From Candidatus Terrybacteria bacterium RIFCSPHIGHO2_01_FULL_48_17 (GTDB lineage Bacteria; Patescibacteriota; Minisyncoccia; Terrybacterales; 2-01-FULL-58-14), in NCBI GenBank assembly GCA_001822835.1, contig MHSS01000015.1, forward strand, positions 2,113 to 66,112: DNA of 64,000 nucleotides, read 5' to 3'. Positions 9,745 to 18,846 of this stretch are shown piece by piece. Numbering within the stretch: the first letter of the stretch is position 1; each line of letters opens with the position of its first letter. The position numbers were made by a program, and so were the translations under genes. Below the pieces are notes generated by a model. That model worked only from the letters and a program-made list of their open reading frames with translations, made no database searches and had not been told where the DNA came from.

Positions 9745-10167
9745 TTATTGACGGTGTAGCTTGCCGCGTTTTATAAGTTCATTAAAAAGCTTATCAACAA
9801 GAACATCGTGGAACGCGTCAAGGACGTATGCAGAATCGATGCTGCGGGCAAGCCGTATAGCTGGTTCAATGCCTTCAGTCAAAGCAATTTGCGCAAGCGC
9901 CACAACCTTCCGTGCGTCTGGCATAGCAGCAATATCGCGCGCATCCGGATGCACAAGAGCTCCTTGCACCGTTTGCTGCGGCATAACGGGTACCGTGGGA
10001 CGTATTCGATGCGACTCTTCCTGCACACGTTCGCGCAATCGTTCTTTTATCTCATCGTGGCGTTCGGGTCTCCCTATCGCCTCTCGATGTTCCCCAAGAA
10101 CTTCTTCCCATCTTGGATGTAAAACTTCCGGCCGCTCACTAGTAGCACGTGGATTTTCATTTGCCAT
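9745..10167 (-). CDS. hypothetical charged protein, first gene of the pilus/ATPase operon
   Basis: Start placed at ATG 10167 (MANENPRAT...), because TGGTATAAT lies 6 nt upstream. The track start at 10194 is TTG. Confidence 0.45.
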   Translation of the reverse strand: MANENPRATSERPEVLHPRWEEVLGEHREAIGRPERHDEIKERLRERVQEESHRIRPTVPVMPQQTVQGALVHPDARDIAAMPDARKVVALAQIALTEGIEPAIRLARSIDSAYVLDAFHDVLVDKLFNELIKRGKLHRQ

Positions 10168-10173
10168 TCTCTT

Positions 10174-10182
10174 ATTATACCA
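10174..10182 (-). promoter_or_regulatory. extended -10 (TGGTATAAT), 6 nt upstream of ATG 10167; leaderless-type promoter
   Basis: Read directly: CCGTGGTATAATAAGAGA-ATG on the minus strand. Confidence 0.5.
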
Positions 10183-10209
10183 CGGATAACCCAATCTTTC
10201 GCTGACTCA

Positions 10210-10218
10210 TGGTATAAT
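10210..10218 (+). promoter_or_regulatory. extended -10 (TGGTATAAT), 7 nt upstream of ATG 10226; leaderless-type promoter, divergent from the previous one
   Basis: Read directly: catGGTATAATaaagttaATGggaaaac. Confidence 0.5.
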
Positions 10219-10225
10219 AAAGTTA

Positions 10226-11779
10226 ATGGGAAAACATACGGTATGGGCGCTGTTGGGCATCATTATTATTGGTGCCATTTTCCGTTTGTTAAATCTCACC
10301 ACTACCCCACCCGGCCTTTGGCCGGATGAGGCCGTAAATGGGCTCAATGCCCTTGAGGCGTTGTCCCAAGGCGACTTTAAAGTATTTTATACCGACAATT
10401 TCGGGCGTGAGGGACTTTTTATTAACCTGCAGGCCTTTTCTATAAGCATTTTTGGCGCAACATCGTGGGCACTCCGCTTTGTGGCGGCTGTTATAGGCAT
10501 CTTTACAGTAGGTGCCCTTTTTTTTGTGGGACGAGAACTTTTCACAAAAACATATCATCCTCACATGACAGCCCTTGTGGCTTCCTTGTTGGGCGCCGTT
10601 TCGTTTTGGCATGTAAACTTTTCGCGAATCGGATTTCGCGCGATTCTTTTGCCGCTTTTTGCATCACTTGCGGTCTGGTGGATGATTTCCGCCATGCGCA
10701 ACCGTTCGCAAATAGCGTTTGCGGCATCTGGATTTATGTACGGAATTTCTCTTTCAACATATATCTCCGCCCGTTTTCTGCCTATTCTTGCGCTCGTGTG
10801 TTTTGTTTATGACCTGTGGCGGGAGCATAAAAACAAGAACGGAGCCCAATGGAAGTCCTTTGTCATTGTCTGGGGATGGTGTTTTATCGGGTTTTTTGTC
10901 GCGGCACTACCGCTTTTGGGATATTTTGCTTATCATCCGGCAGATTTTTTTGGGCGCGCAAATGATGTAGCCGTTTTTGCAGCAGCAGATCCTATCGCCG
11001 AATTTACGCGCTCACTCACAAAAACATTAGGCATGTTTCATGTGGCGGGTGACAATAATTTTCGACATAATCTTGGAGGATCGCCTCAGCTTGATTTATT
11101 GAGCGGTATTCTTTTCCTTACGGGCATCGCAGTTGCTCTATCGCTATTACTGCGCCTGCGAAACGCAAAGGGAAGAAGATTTTATATGGTGGTACTTTTT
11201 GTGTGGTTTGGCCTCATGCTCCTTCCGGGAATCCTTTCTCAAGAAGGCGTACCGCATGCTTTAAGAACACTTGGCGCGATTCCCCCGGTGATGTTAATTG
11301 CGGCACTGGGGTTTGGTTGGCTTGCAGAAAGAACGACGAAAATGTTGGGACGTCAGTGGTCACACATCGCATTAATGGGTTTACTGACTATCGTTTCTGT
11401 TATTAATTTTTACCAATATTTTTTTGTATGGGCCTCACATCCGGAAACACAAAAAGCGTTTCGGTATGATCTTACTGTTATGGCAAAGGTGCTGCGAGAA
11501 CAGCACATATATACTCAAAAAGTTGTTGTCATCAACCAGCCGGGCGCAACGGTTGAAAATTCTTTTATTGAGCTCGCTCCCATACGCTTTTTAGATTATG
11601 CGGATTCGACCATTATCTACAAAGAAAGCACACGGCTTGCGGAAATTATCCCTCAATTTGAAAAAACCATGCTCGTTCCACTCCAAGCAAATGATCAGGA
11701 ATTAGAAGCTTCACTGCGAGCGCTTTTCCCAACGGTAAAACGCAAAGAAACACAAGGAATAGAATACTTCTCACTATAA
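10226..11779 (+). CDS. glycosyltransferase family 39 (ArnT/PMT-like) membrane protein
   Basis: 517 aa with many TM helices and an N-terminal PGLWPDEA motif typical of GT-C/GT39 enzymes. Confidence 0.75.
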   Translation: MGKHTVWALLGIIIIGAIFRLLNLTTTPPGLWPDEAVNGLNALEALSQGDFKVFYTDNFGREGLFINLQAFSISIFGATSWALRFVAAVIGIFTVGALFFVGRELFTKTYHPHMTALVASLLGAVSFWHVNFSRIGFRAILLPLFASLAVWWMISAMRNRSQIAFAASGFMYGISLSTYISARFLPILALVCFVYDLWREHKNKNGAQWKSFVIVWGWCFIGFFVAALPLLGYFAYHPADFFGRANDVAVFAAADPIAEFTRSLTKTLGMFHVAGDNNFRHNLGGSPQLDLLSGILFLTGIAVALSLLLRLRNAKGRRFYMVVLFVWFGLMLLPGILSQEGVPHALRTLGAIPPVMLIAALGFGWLAERTTKMLGRQWSHIALMGLLTIVSVINFYQYFFVWASHPETQKAFRYDLTVMAKVLREQHIYTQKVVVINQPGATVENSFIELAPIRFLDYADSTIIYKESTRLAEIIPQFEKTMLVPLQANDQELEASLRALFPTVKRKETQGIEYFSL

Positions 11780-11788
11780 ACCTAAGAT

Positions 11789-13648
11789 ATGCTTTGGCGC
11801 TTTTTTAAACTCGACATGTTGCTTGCGGCATTTCTTTTAACGGTAATGGCCGTTTCGGCATTTAGTTCGTCCTGGGGGGATACGCTTACGTATGACGAGG
11901 ATGCTCATATTGGAGCAGCGGTTTCTTATATTACCCAAAAGGACATGCGCCTCAATCCCGAACATCCGCCACTTGTTAAGGATCTCGCGGCGCTCCCGCT
12001 TCTTTTTATTCCAAACCTTATTGTGCCGACTAATCACCCTTCGTGGATCGATGAAGTAAACGGGCAATGGAATTTTGGAAAGGCGTTTCTGTTCGAATCT
12101 GGAAATGATGCCGACCTTATCGTGCGATTAGCACGTATTATGCCGATGGTTTTGATGCTTTTGCTTGGCGCGGTTTTGTTCTGGGTGGTACGCGAAATAG
12201 GAGGAACGCTCTCCGGACTTTTTGCGCTTGCGCTTTTTGTTTTTTCACCAACTATTCTTGCACATGGGCGTTTGGTCACGACAGACGTTGCGGCGGCATT
12301 AGGGGCGTTTCTTGCAACCTATTTGCTCCTGCGGTACTTCGCAAAGCCAACATGGAAACGTCTTTTTGCTGCCGGAATTGCATTTGGGATTGCGGAGGCA
12401 TTAAAATTCTCACTTATTTTATTAATTCCCTACTTTGCCGTACTTGCTTTTGCGTGGTGGCTGTTTTCTTTCATATCTTTTAAAAAAGATGTGGCGAAAT
12501 CGTTGTGTATATTTTTAGGAGGAACGGTGCTTGTCGGCATCATTGGCTATATGGGTATCGTTTATCCCCTTTATATGTGGCATGTCTGGGATTATCCGCA
12601 GAGCAGACAAGTTGCAGATATCCGTGCAACGCTTGCCAATAATCCAAACCAAACACTCACTACAATTCCCGAACAAATGGCCCGTAACTTTTTGTTACGT
12701 CCCCTTGCCCAATACGCTTTTGGGATTACCATGGCCACACAGCGGGTGGCGGGCGGCAATACAACGTATTTTTTGAGAGAAGTTTCCGCAGAAGGACGAT
12801 GGTATTATTTCCCGATAGTGTTTGCTCTCAAAGAACCGACGGCAATGTTTGCTCTTGTATTACTTGCGCTTATGACGGGCCTTTATGCCTTCCGAATGGC
12901 AATATCCCGCTCTTTATCGGGATCGCAGGGTTTGAGGAACGCGATTTTAGAAATTGTGAAGTGGAAACGTAAACATTTCGTGCATATCGCGTTTCTTCTC
13001 TGGATTCTTTTTTATCTTGCCGTTTCAATCAAAGGCAATCTCAATATCGGCATACGGCATCTTATTCCTATTTATCCCTTTTTGTTTGCACTCACCGCAA
13101 TTGGGCTCGCGGTATGGCTTAAGCGCGAACGGCATGGTAAACCCGGAGGGTTTCGCACTATTCTCGAAAATACCAGGGGGCTTTTCGCCAGCGGAGCAAA
13201 AGGAGCTGTAGTCGCTGTTTTTTTCGGAATGCTTGCAGTTGGTACGATTCGCGCGTGGCCATACTATCTAACCCATTTTAATATCCTTGGGGGAGGATCC
13301 GAAAATGGATACGTCTACGTCGTTGACTCAAATCTTGATTGGGGTCAGGATCTTAAGCGTTTGGCCAACTTTGTTGAAGAAAACAACATAAAGAAAATTG
13401 CAATCGACTATTTTGGATTAGCACCCCCAGAATATTACATAAAGAATGCGGTAATAGAACATTGGTGGGCAGAAAGAGGACGGCCGTCGGGATGGTTTGC
13501 GGTTTCCGCGACCTTCCGACAGGGACAGTGCGCACGCCCTGGACAAAAATTCCAGGGTCTAACCAGACAATACTGTTTTCTCAACGCCTATACCCCTATA
13601 GCCGTCATTGGTCATTCAATATTTGTATATAATTTTTCGCCTCAATAA
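11789..13648 (+). CDS. glycosyltransferase family 39 / phospholipid-carrier-dependent glycosyltransferase, paralogue
   Basis: 619 aa polytopic membrane protein with YDEDAH near the N-terminus (GT-C DE motif), directly after the first GT39 gene. Confidence 0.7.
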   Translation: MLWRFFKLDMLLAAFLLTVMAVSAFSSSWGDTLTYDEDAHIGAAVSYITQKDMRLNPEHPPLVKDLAALPLLFIPNLIVPTNHPSWIDEVNGQWNFGKAFLFESGNDADLIVRLARIMPMVLMLLLGAVLFWVVREIGGTLSGLFALALFVFSPTILAHGRLVTTDVAAALGAFLATYLLLRYFAKPTWKRLFAAGIAFGIAEALKFSLILLIPYFAVLAFAWWLFSFISFKKDVAKSLCIFLGGTVLVGIIGYMGIVYPLYMWHVWDYPQSRQVADIRATLANNPNQTLTTIPEQMARNFLLRPLAQYAFGITMATQRVAGGNTTYFLREVSAEGRWYYFPIVFALKEPTAMFALVLLALMTGLYAFRMAISRSLSGSQGLRNAILEIVKWKRKHFVHIAFLLWILFYLAVSIKGNLNIGIRHLIPIYPFLFALTAIGLAVWLKRERHGKPGGFRTILENTRGLFASGAKGAVVAVFFGMLAVGTIRAWPYYLTHFNILGGGSENGYVYVVDSNLDWGQDLKRLANFVEENNIKKIAIDYFGLAPPEYYIKNAVIEHWWAERGRPSGWFAVSATFRQGQCARPGQKFQGLTRQYCFLNAYTPIAVIGHSIFVYNFSPQ

Positions 13649-13649
13649 A

Positions 13650-15383
13650 ATGGCTACGATTAATCGTTCCAAAGAGCAACTCCAAGAATTACAAAACGAT
13701 ATTGCGGCAAATATCCGGCTGCGAATCGCAATTATCGTTTCGTATGGAGTGCTATTTGGTTTATTGCATCTTTTGGCAGTGCGTCAAAGTCCAGTATCAT
13801 GGGCCGTTCTTGGGGCTGCGCTCGTTACGACATTTATTATTTGGCTGCTTTTTATTCGTTTTCCCATTTCTCCAGATCCAGAACGCCTTGCCGATGCCTA
13901 CTTCTGGTTCTTAATGGCCGATATGGTCGGAGTAACCATAGGATTGATGCTGGGAGGAGGATTTGGGATTAACGGAGTCCTTATACCGCTTATCTATGTT
14001 GTGCACGGTTCTCTTGTATTCCCAAGCGTAATCCAGCGCACCGTGGTATTTATTGTAGCCACGGGCTTGTATTTTGCGGCTTCGGCCGCTGAATTTGCAG
14101 GAATCGTCAAGGTTGACTATGTTTTTCCGTTTCTGGAGGATGCAGCAAAAGATCCAGGAATCTTCTTCACCAAGCTAGTCATTACCACCGTTGCCATCCC
14201 GATTTTGGGTTTTTACACGAATATCTATGCCAACCGGCTCCAGATAAGAAGAAAGGAGCTCTGGCGAGAACGGGATTACTTAGCAACAATTCTTGCAAAC
14301 CTTACCGCAGGAATCATTGTGTTAGGAGAAAACCAAAAAATCGTCTACACAAATGCCATCGCTGCCCGTCTGCTTGGCGAACCAAAAGAGATAAAAATCG
14401 GGGCTGATCTTTCAACTATCGGGCTGCTTTCGCGAGAACAAAAGTTACGGGAAGAATTTCTAGTACTTATTCAAAGCGTCTTAGATAAGAAAGAGTCGCG
14501 CTCAGCCACTCTCTCGATGGGGCCTCTCTTGGTTTCTGTTACCCCTATTCCCATTCCCCCGCCCACCATCACCGCATTGCGAACCATCCTTGTCTTGCAA
14601 GACGTAACGCGGGAAAAACTACTCGACGCGCTCAAATCCGATTTCGTTACCATTGCCGCCCACCAATTGCGCACACCCTTATCAACCTTGAAGTGGACCA
14701 TCAACGAGCTTCTGAACGAAAGTTTCGGGTCTGTCGCGGAAGAGCAGGCACAAGCGCTGCGCAATGCCTTCAGCACAACGGAAAACATGATTCATCTTCT
14801 AGGGGATCTACTTGAATCAGTACGTTTTGAGGAAGGAAAATTCGCATACGAATTCAAACCAATCGTCTTGGAGGATCTTGCCCAAAAAGTCATTGCGGAT
14901 ACCACATCGCTTGCAAAATCAAGAAGGGTAGAGCTTTCTCTCGCGCTCCCCACTCCCCCTCTTCCTCCAATCGTATGCGATCCTGAAAGAATTAATTTTG
15001 TGCTCACAACTTTTGTAGACAATGCAATCACCTATAACCACGAAGGGGGCAAGGTACAGGTTATCCTCGAAGCAAAGCCGGACGAAGTCATTGTCGAGGT
15101 GCAAGACAATGGCATTGGAATACCCCAACGAGAGCAAACGATGCTGTTTACCAAATTCTTTCGTGCTTCAAACGCCATCCGAACAGAAGCGACAGGATAC
15201 GGCCTTGGACTTTACATCGCACGCAATATCGTCGAAGGGCATGGAGGAAATATGTGGATGCGATCGGAAGAAGGGAAAGGGTCAACGTTTGGATTCAGCT
15301 TGCCGCTTAATCCGGAACGCCTCCCGAGAGGACCCCAAGAACTTATTGCAGCACGTTTACGCATACCGATGCGACCAAAATAA
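13650..15383 (+). CDS. sensor histidine kinase (multi-TM N-terminus, HisKA and HATPase_c domains)
   Basis: H-box HQLRTPL, N-box NAITYN and G-boxes DNGIGI/GYGLGL. ATG at 13650 is 1 nt after the upstream stop; the track start at 13608 overlaps the upstream gene. Confidence 0.8.
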   Translation: MATINRSKEQLQELQNDIAANIRLRIAIIVSYGVLFGLLHLLAVRQSPVSWAVLGAALVTTFIIWLLFIRFPISPDPERLADAYFWFLMADMVGVTIGLMLGGGFGINGVLIPLIYVVHGSLVFPSVIQRTVVFIVATGLYFAASAAEFAGIVKVDYVFPFLEDAAKDPGIFFTKLVITTVAIPILGFYTNIYANRLQIRRKELWRERDYLATILANLTAGIIVLGENQKIVYTNAIAARLLGEPKEIKIGADLSTIGLLSREQKLREEFLVLIQSVLDKKESRSATLSMGPLLVSVTPIPIPPPTITALRTILVLQDVTREKLLDALKSDFVTIAAHQLRTPLSTLKWTINELLNESFGSVAEEQAQALRNAFSTTENMIHLLGDLLESVRFEEGKFAYEFKPIVLEDLAQKVIADTTSLAKSRRVELSLALPTPPLPPIVCDPERINFVLTTFVDNAITYNHEGGKVQVILEAKPDEVIVEVQDNGIGIPQREQTMLFTKFFRASNAIRTEATGYGLGLYIARNIVEGHGGNMWMRSEEGKGSTFGFSLPLNPERLPRGPQELIAARLRIPMRPK

Positions 15384-15400
15384 TTACAGTTTCGTGAAAC

Positions 15401-15432
15401 AAAAATGCGGCCTTCCGGGGCCGCATTTTTTG
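15401..15432. terminator. bidirectional rho-independent terminator (histidine kinase / ftsQ, convergent)
   Basis: Hairpin atgcggcc-ttccgg-ggccgcat followed by a T6 run. Confidence 0.7.
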
Positions 15433-15457
15433 TTACACGATTTGCGCAGTTTCTCGT

Positions 15458-16300
15458 TTACTTATAAAATACTTTCCCTGGCGTGCGAACATCAATATAT
15501 TCCAAGGCAAGTCGCTCCTCCGGAGAAATTACCTGCGCCAATACTTCTCGCAGCGCCGATGCCTGTGCCGCAAGATCTCCTGCGGGATCAATAATCACGA
15601 ACCAACGTTGCGCGGTCTCCGCGCGAAATTCATGTTCACCTGCACGGATGATGCGTACCACAAGCACTCCAGCAATATTTTTTAATATATCTCGAACTTC
15701 AGATAACGCCCCAAGTTCTTCCTCGGAAAAAACCGATTCTCCAAGATGTGCATCCGCGCGTGTCGTATCAATAATACTTATCACCAATGCTCCTTCGGAT
15801 TTTGGCGCCTCGTCAAAAAGAACGCCATAACGATCTGCGGCAAAACATTGCTGGGTATCTATAGTGCCCTGCTCAAACTCCTTGCCCACACACCAAAGGG
15901 CAGCAAGTGTCCGCTCTTGTATATGAACGAAAAATCCAAAGGGCCGCAGAGTGTAACGAATGTTTACTTCTTGAAGGCGTGGAAATTCTTGCACTAACAC
16001 GGCGCGGATATCCGCGGGTCTCAAAAACACCATGCTCATTTGCGCAACGCCAAATCGTTTTCCAGAAAAATGATCGACGATAACCTGCTGCATAGCATCG
16101 GGCGAGACGCGGTCAGCGCCTTCAAACCGAACATGCTTAACATTCAAAAGACCCATTGGGCCAATAACATACCACACGCCACCAAAAAGAGCTATGATAA
16201 AAATGCCGCCAAGAATTATCCGAGGCGGTATTTTAAGTTTTTGCGGAAAGACGAAAGATTTGTTTTTTCTCCTTGCCTTACGATAACGGATAGTTCCCAT
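15458..16300 (-). CDS. ftsQ: cell division protein FtsQ (POTRA domain)
   Basis: 280 aa. Basic N-terminus, one TM helix, then POTRA-like and FtsQ beta domains. Confidence 0.6.
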   Translation of the reverse strand: MGTIRYRKARRKNKSFVFPQKLKIPPRIILGGIFIIALFGGVWYVIGPMGLLNVKHVRFEGADRVSPDAMQQVIVDHFSGKRFGVAQMSMVFLRPADIRAVLVQEFPRLQEVNIRYTLRPFGFFVHIQERTLAALWCVGKEFEQGTIDTQQCFAADRYGVLFDEAPKSEGALVISIIDTTRADAHLGESVFSEEELGALSEVRDILKNIAGVLVVRIIRAGEHEFRAETAQRWFVIIDPAGDLAAQASALREVLAQVISPEERLALEYIDVRTPGKVFYK

Positions 16301-16345
16301 ACAATATTAAAGGATAGGAATTAGGGAATAGAATACGCCCGGGGA

Positions 16346-17488
16346 TTAGATTAAAACGCGGGGAAGCAAAGGATTGATACGGCTTAACACTTCGTATGGG
16401 ATCGTTCCAAGTTTCTCGGCAAGCATATCTGCGGAAATCTCATCTTGTGCTTGTTCCCCAATAAGCACTGCCTCATCTCCCATTTTTGCAGCGGTAATCT
16501 GCGTGACATCTACCATGATCATATTCATACAAACCCGGCCTAATACCTTTGCGCGCAATCCTCGTATCAATACCTCGCCAGCGCGAGAAAGCGCACGATC
16601 ATATCCATCAAAATATCCCACAGGTAACACCGCAATGCGGCTATCGCGGTTTACTTTTTCGGAAAGCCCGTAGCCGACCGGTGTTCCCAAAGGCACATTT
16701 TTAACCTGTGCAATTCGTGTTTTCCAGGACAACACCGGCTTTAAGTGTAATTCCTTCCCATGAATTTCGGCAGCTTTTGCAACTTCAGGCGAAGGCCAAA
16801 TGCCATAAAGCGCGATGCCCACGCGCACCAAATCAAAATGAGTTTCTGGGTGTAAAAGCGCTGCGGCAGAGGCCGCCACATGCCGTATCAAGTTCGGGAA
16901 GCCAGTTTTTGCGCTCTCGTTTAGCGCACGCTTAAATTCCGAAAGCTGGGCGCGAAAATAAGAGCGGTCGTGGGTATCTTCAACATTTGCAAGGTGGGTC
17001 GCGATCCCCTCCGGCACAATCCACGAAGAAGTTCGCGCAGCGTTTAATATCTTTGAAACCTCTTCGGGCCACATTCCCTGTCGCGTAGTGCCGGTTTCAA
17101 CCTTTATATGAATTTTTGCCGGTTTTCGTTGCTCAAGGCCAGCTGCAGCAAGACCCAACATAGTATCGTGATCATAGACCACTTGACGCAAGCCCGCGCG
17201 TACAATATCTGCTAAGCGATCCTCCGGAGTCCAGCCCAACACCAATATGGGTGCGGCCACTCCTTTCTCGCGGAGCATTAATCCCTCATCAACCGAGTCA
17301 ACCCCGAACCACTCGGCTTCGTCAGCAAGGAGTTGTGCGACCTCCGATAATCCGTGACCGTAGGCATTTGCTTTAACTACCGCTAAAAAACGCGTTGATG
17401 GCGACAATAATTTTTTAAGCTCCCGGACATTATGCCGTAAAGCATCGCGGTCAATTTCTACCCATGTTCGATGTTGAGAGCTTGACAT
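16346..17488 (-). CDS. alr: alanine racemase
   Basis: 380 aa with AVVKANAYGHG, the PLP-lysine motif of alanine racemase. Confidence 0.85.
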   Translation of the reverse strand: MSSSQHRTWVEIDRDALRHNVRELKKLLSPSTRFLAVVKANAYGHGLSEVAQLLADEAEWFGVDSVDEGLMLREKGVAAPILVLGWTPEDRLADIVRAGLRQVVYDHDTMLGLAAAGLEQRKPAKIHIKVETGTTRQGMWPEEVSKILNAARTSSWIVPEGIATHLANVEDTHDRSYFRAQLSEFKRALNESAKTGFPNLIRHVAASAAALLHPETHFDLVRVGIALYGIWPSPEVAKAAEIHGKELHLKPVLSWKTRIAQVKNVPLGTPVGYGLSEKVNRDSRIAVLPVGYFDGYDRALSRAGEVLIRGLRAKVLGRVCMNMIMVDVTQITAAKMGDEAVLIGEQAQDEISADMLAEKLGTIPYEVLSRINPLLPRVLI

Positions 17489-17509
17489 AGAAATAAGGGT
17501 TTGTATAAT
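17482..17509 (+). promoter_or_regulatory. sigma70-type promoter (TTGACA-N16-TATAAT) for the small membrane protein gene; overlaps the alr start codon
   Basis: cTTGACAtagaaataagggtttgTATAATactg. A leader of about 30 nt follows, with SD aaaaggagagag. Confidence 0.6.
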
Positions 17510-17545
17510 ACTGTTAGTACGTTAACTCAAAAGGAGAGAGAAATA

Positions 17546-17860
17546 ATGGAGCTTACAATAGCGCTTGCAGCTGCGCTGGGATGGCTCGTAGGAACGGTAA
17601 CGGTTTCAGACCTGCTGTGGCACATTGCTTATGATGCTCTAGGAGCTAAACTCGGTCCAAAAGTTGGGTTTGAAACCAACGATCCCAGCAGAGTTTGTCC
17701 CCTGGAGGCAACGTGGGTTGGCAAGATGGCCCTCAATGCCTTCTGGCCCTTGGCTTTAACGGCTGCTATCTTTTTCCTCGCGATTATCTTCATTGGGGCA
17801 ATTGTGGGAACTATTATCATAATAATAACCACTCTTGCCAAGCGACATTCAACAAAGTAA
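17546..17860 (+). CDS. hypothetical small membrane protein
   Basis: Start at ATG 17546 is preceded by AAAGGAGAGAG. Two or three TM helices. Confidence 0.5.
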   Translation: MELTIALAAALGWLVGTVTVSDLLWHIAYDALGAKLGPKVGFETNDPSRVCPLEATWVGKMALNAFWPLALTAAIFFLAIIFIGAIVGTIIIIITTLAKRHSTK

Positions 17861-17864
17861 TTCG

Positions 17865-17888
17865 AAACGGTCTTCGGGCCGTTTTTAT
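17865..17888 (+). terminator. rho-independent terminator
   Basis: aaacgg-tcttcggg-ccgttttt. Additional hairpins follow at 17890-17935 and may terminate efp, which converges from the other side. Confidence 0.55.
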
Positions 17889-17928
17889 TCTGCCCGCTCA
17901 ACTTTTTGTTGAGCGAGGCTCGCCCGCC

Positions 17929-18504
17929 TCATGCGTGAGGCAAGGCGGCCCGCTCTACATATTCCCCGGTTTTGGTATTTACGCGTACCACGTCGCCCTG
18001 CTTGATGAAAAACGGGGTGTTTATCTTTAGGCCCGTCTCCACAAGCACTGTCTTTTTGCCACTGGTTGCGGTATCTCCCCTTTCCGACGGCGGCGCTTCA
18101 ACGACTTTAAGATCAACTTTTACAGGGAGTTCGATATTCATTATTTGATCATCGAATAGAAGTGCGGTAACTTCTATATTTGGCACGAGATAAAACCGAG
18201 CGTCGCTAATCTGGTTTTCTGATAACTCAAAACGGTTTTTGGGGTTATCGGATTCTGCAAACACAAACTTGCCTCGATTGCTATAAATAAACTGGGCAGG
18301 CATTTTAGTAAGTTCTGCCTCTTCAAAGCGGCCTGCCTGCTTAAAGGAGCGCGATACCGTTGCGCCAGTGCGAAGGTTTTTTATTTTCGCCTGCATCTGG
18401 CCGGTGGACTGCGCCTTTTTGATAAACTGCGTTTCCAAAACCACCCAGGGATCATCATCCATTTTAAATGTGGTGCCTACACGGAGGTCAAAGTTTGAAA
18501 GCAT
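17929..18504 (-). CDS. efp: elongation factor P
   Basis: Start at ATG 18504 (MLSNFDLRVG...). The EF-P family pattern is clear through to the C-terminal GEYVER. The upstream track extension is spurious. Confidence 0.85.
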   Translation of the reverse strand: MLSNFDLRVGTTFKMDDDPWVVLETQFIKKAQSTGQMQAKIKNLRTGATVSRSFKQAGRFEEAELTKMPAQFIYSNRGKFVFAESDNPKNRFELSENQISDARFYLVPNIEVTALLFDDQIMNIELPVKVDLKVVEAPPSERGDTATSGKKTVLVETGLKINTPFFIKQGDVVRVNTKTGEYVERAALPHA

Positions 18505-18590
18505 ATGAATGCATGCGAATAAACTTGTAAACCGCGTAATGATATGGTACGAAAAAAGTAGCTTTTTTACAAGAGAAAGGGTAGGTCTTG

Positions 18591-18803
18591 ATGGATTATG
18601 TCTTTTCGGGAATTGTGTTGTGGTTCTTTTTGGGGGCAATCGTTATTGGAACTAAAATCAGTATCGCGTATGCCGAACATCAAGCAGTAAAAGGAACGGG
18701 AATTATAAGTTATTTTATTTCCTCGCTTCTTCTTTTGGTGATCGCAAGTATGCTGTGGCCAATTTTCGCCTATCTTCGATGGAGATACAAAAAGAAATCG
18801 TAA
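18591..18803 (+). CDS. hypothetical small membrane protein
   Basis: About 70 aa with two TM helices and a weak SD. Divergent from efp. Confidence 0.3.
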   Translation: MDYVFSGIVLWFFLGAIVIGTKISIAYAEHQAVKGTGIISYFISSLLLLVIASMLWPIFAYLRWRYKKKS

Positions 18804-18846
18804 GAATGTCCATCCCATCGCAACCCGTCAAAGAGGCGGGTTTTTC

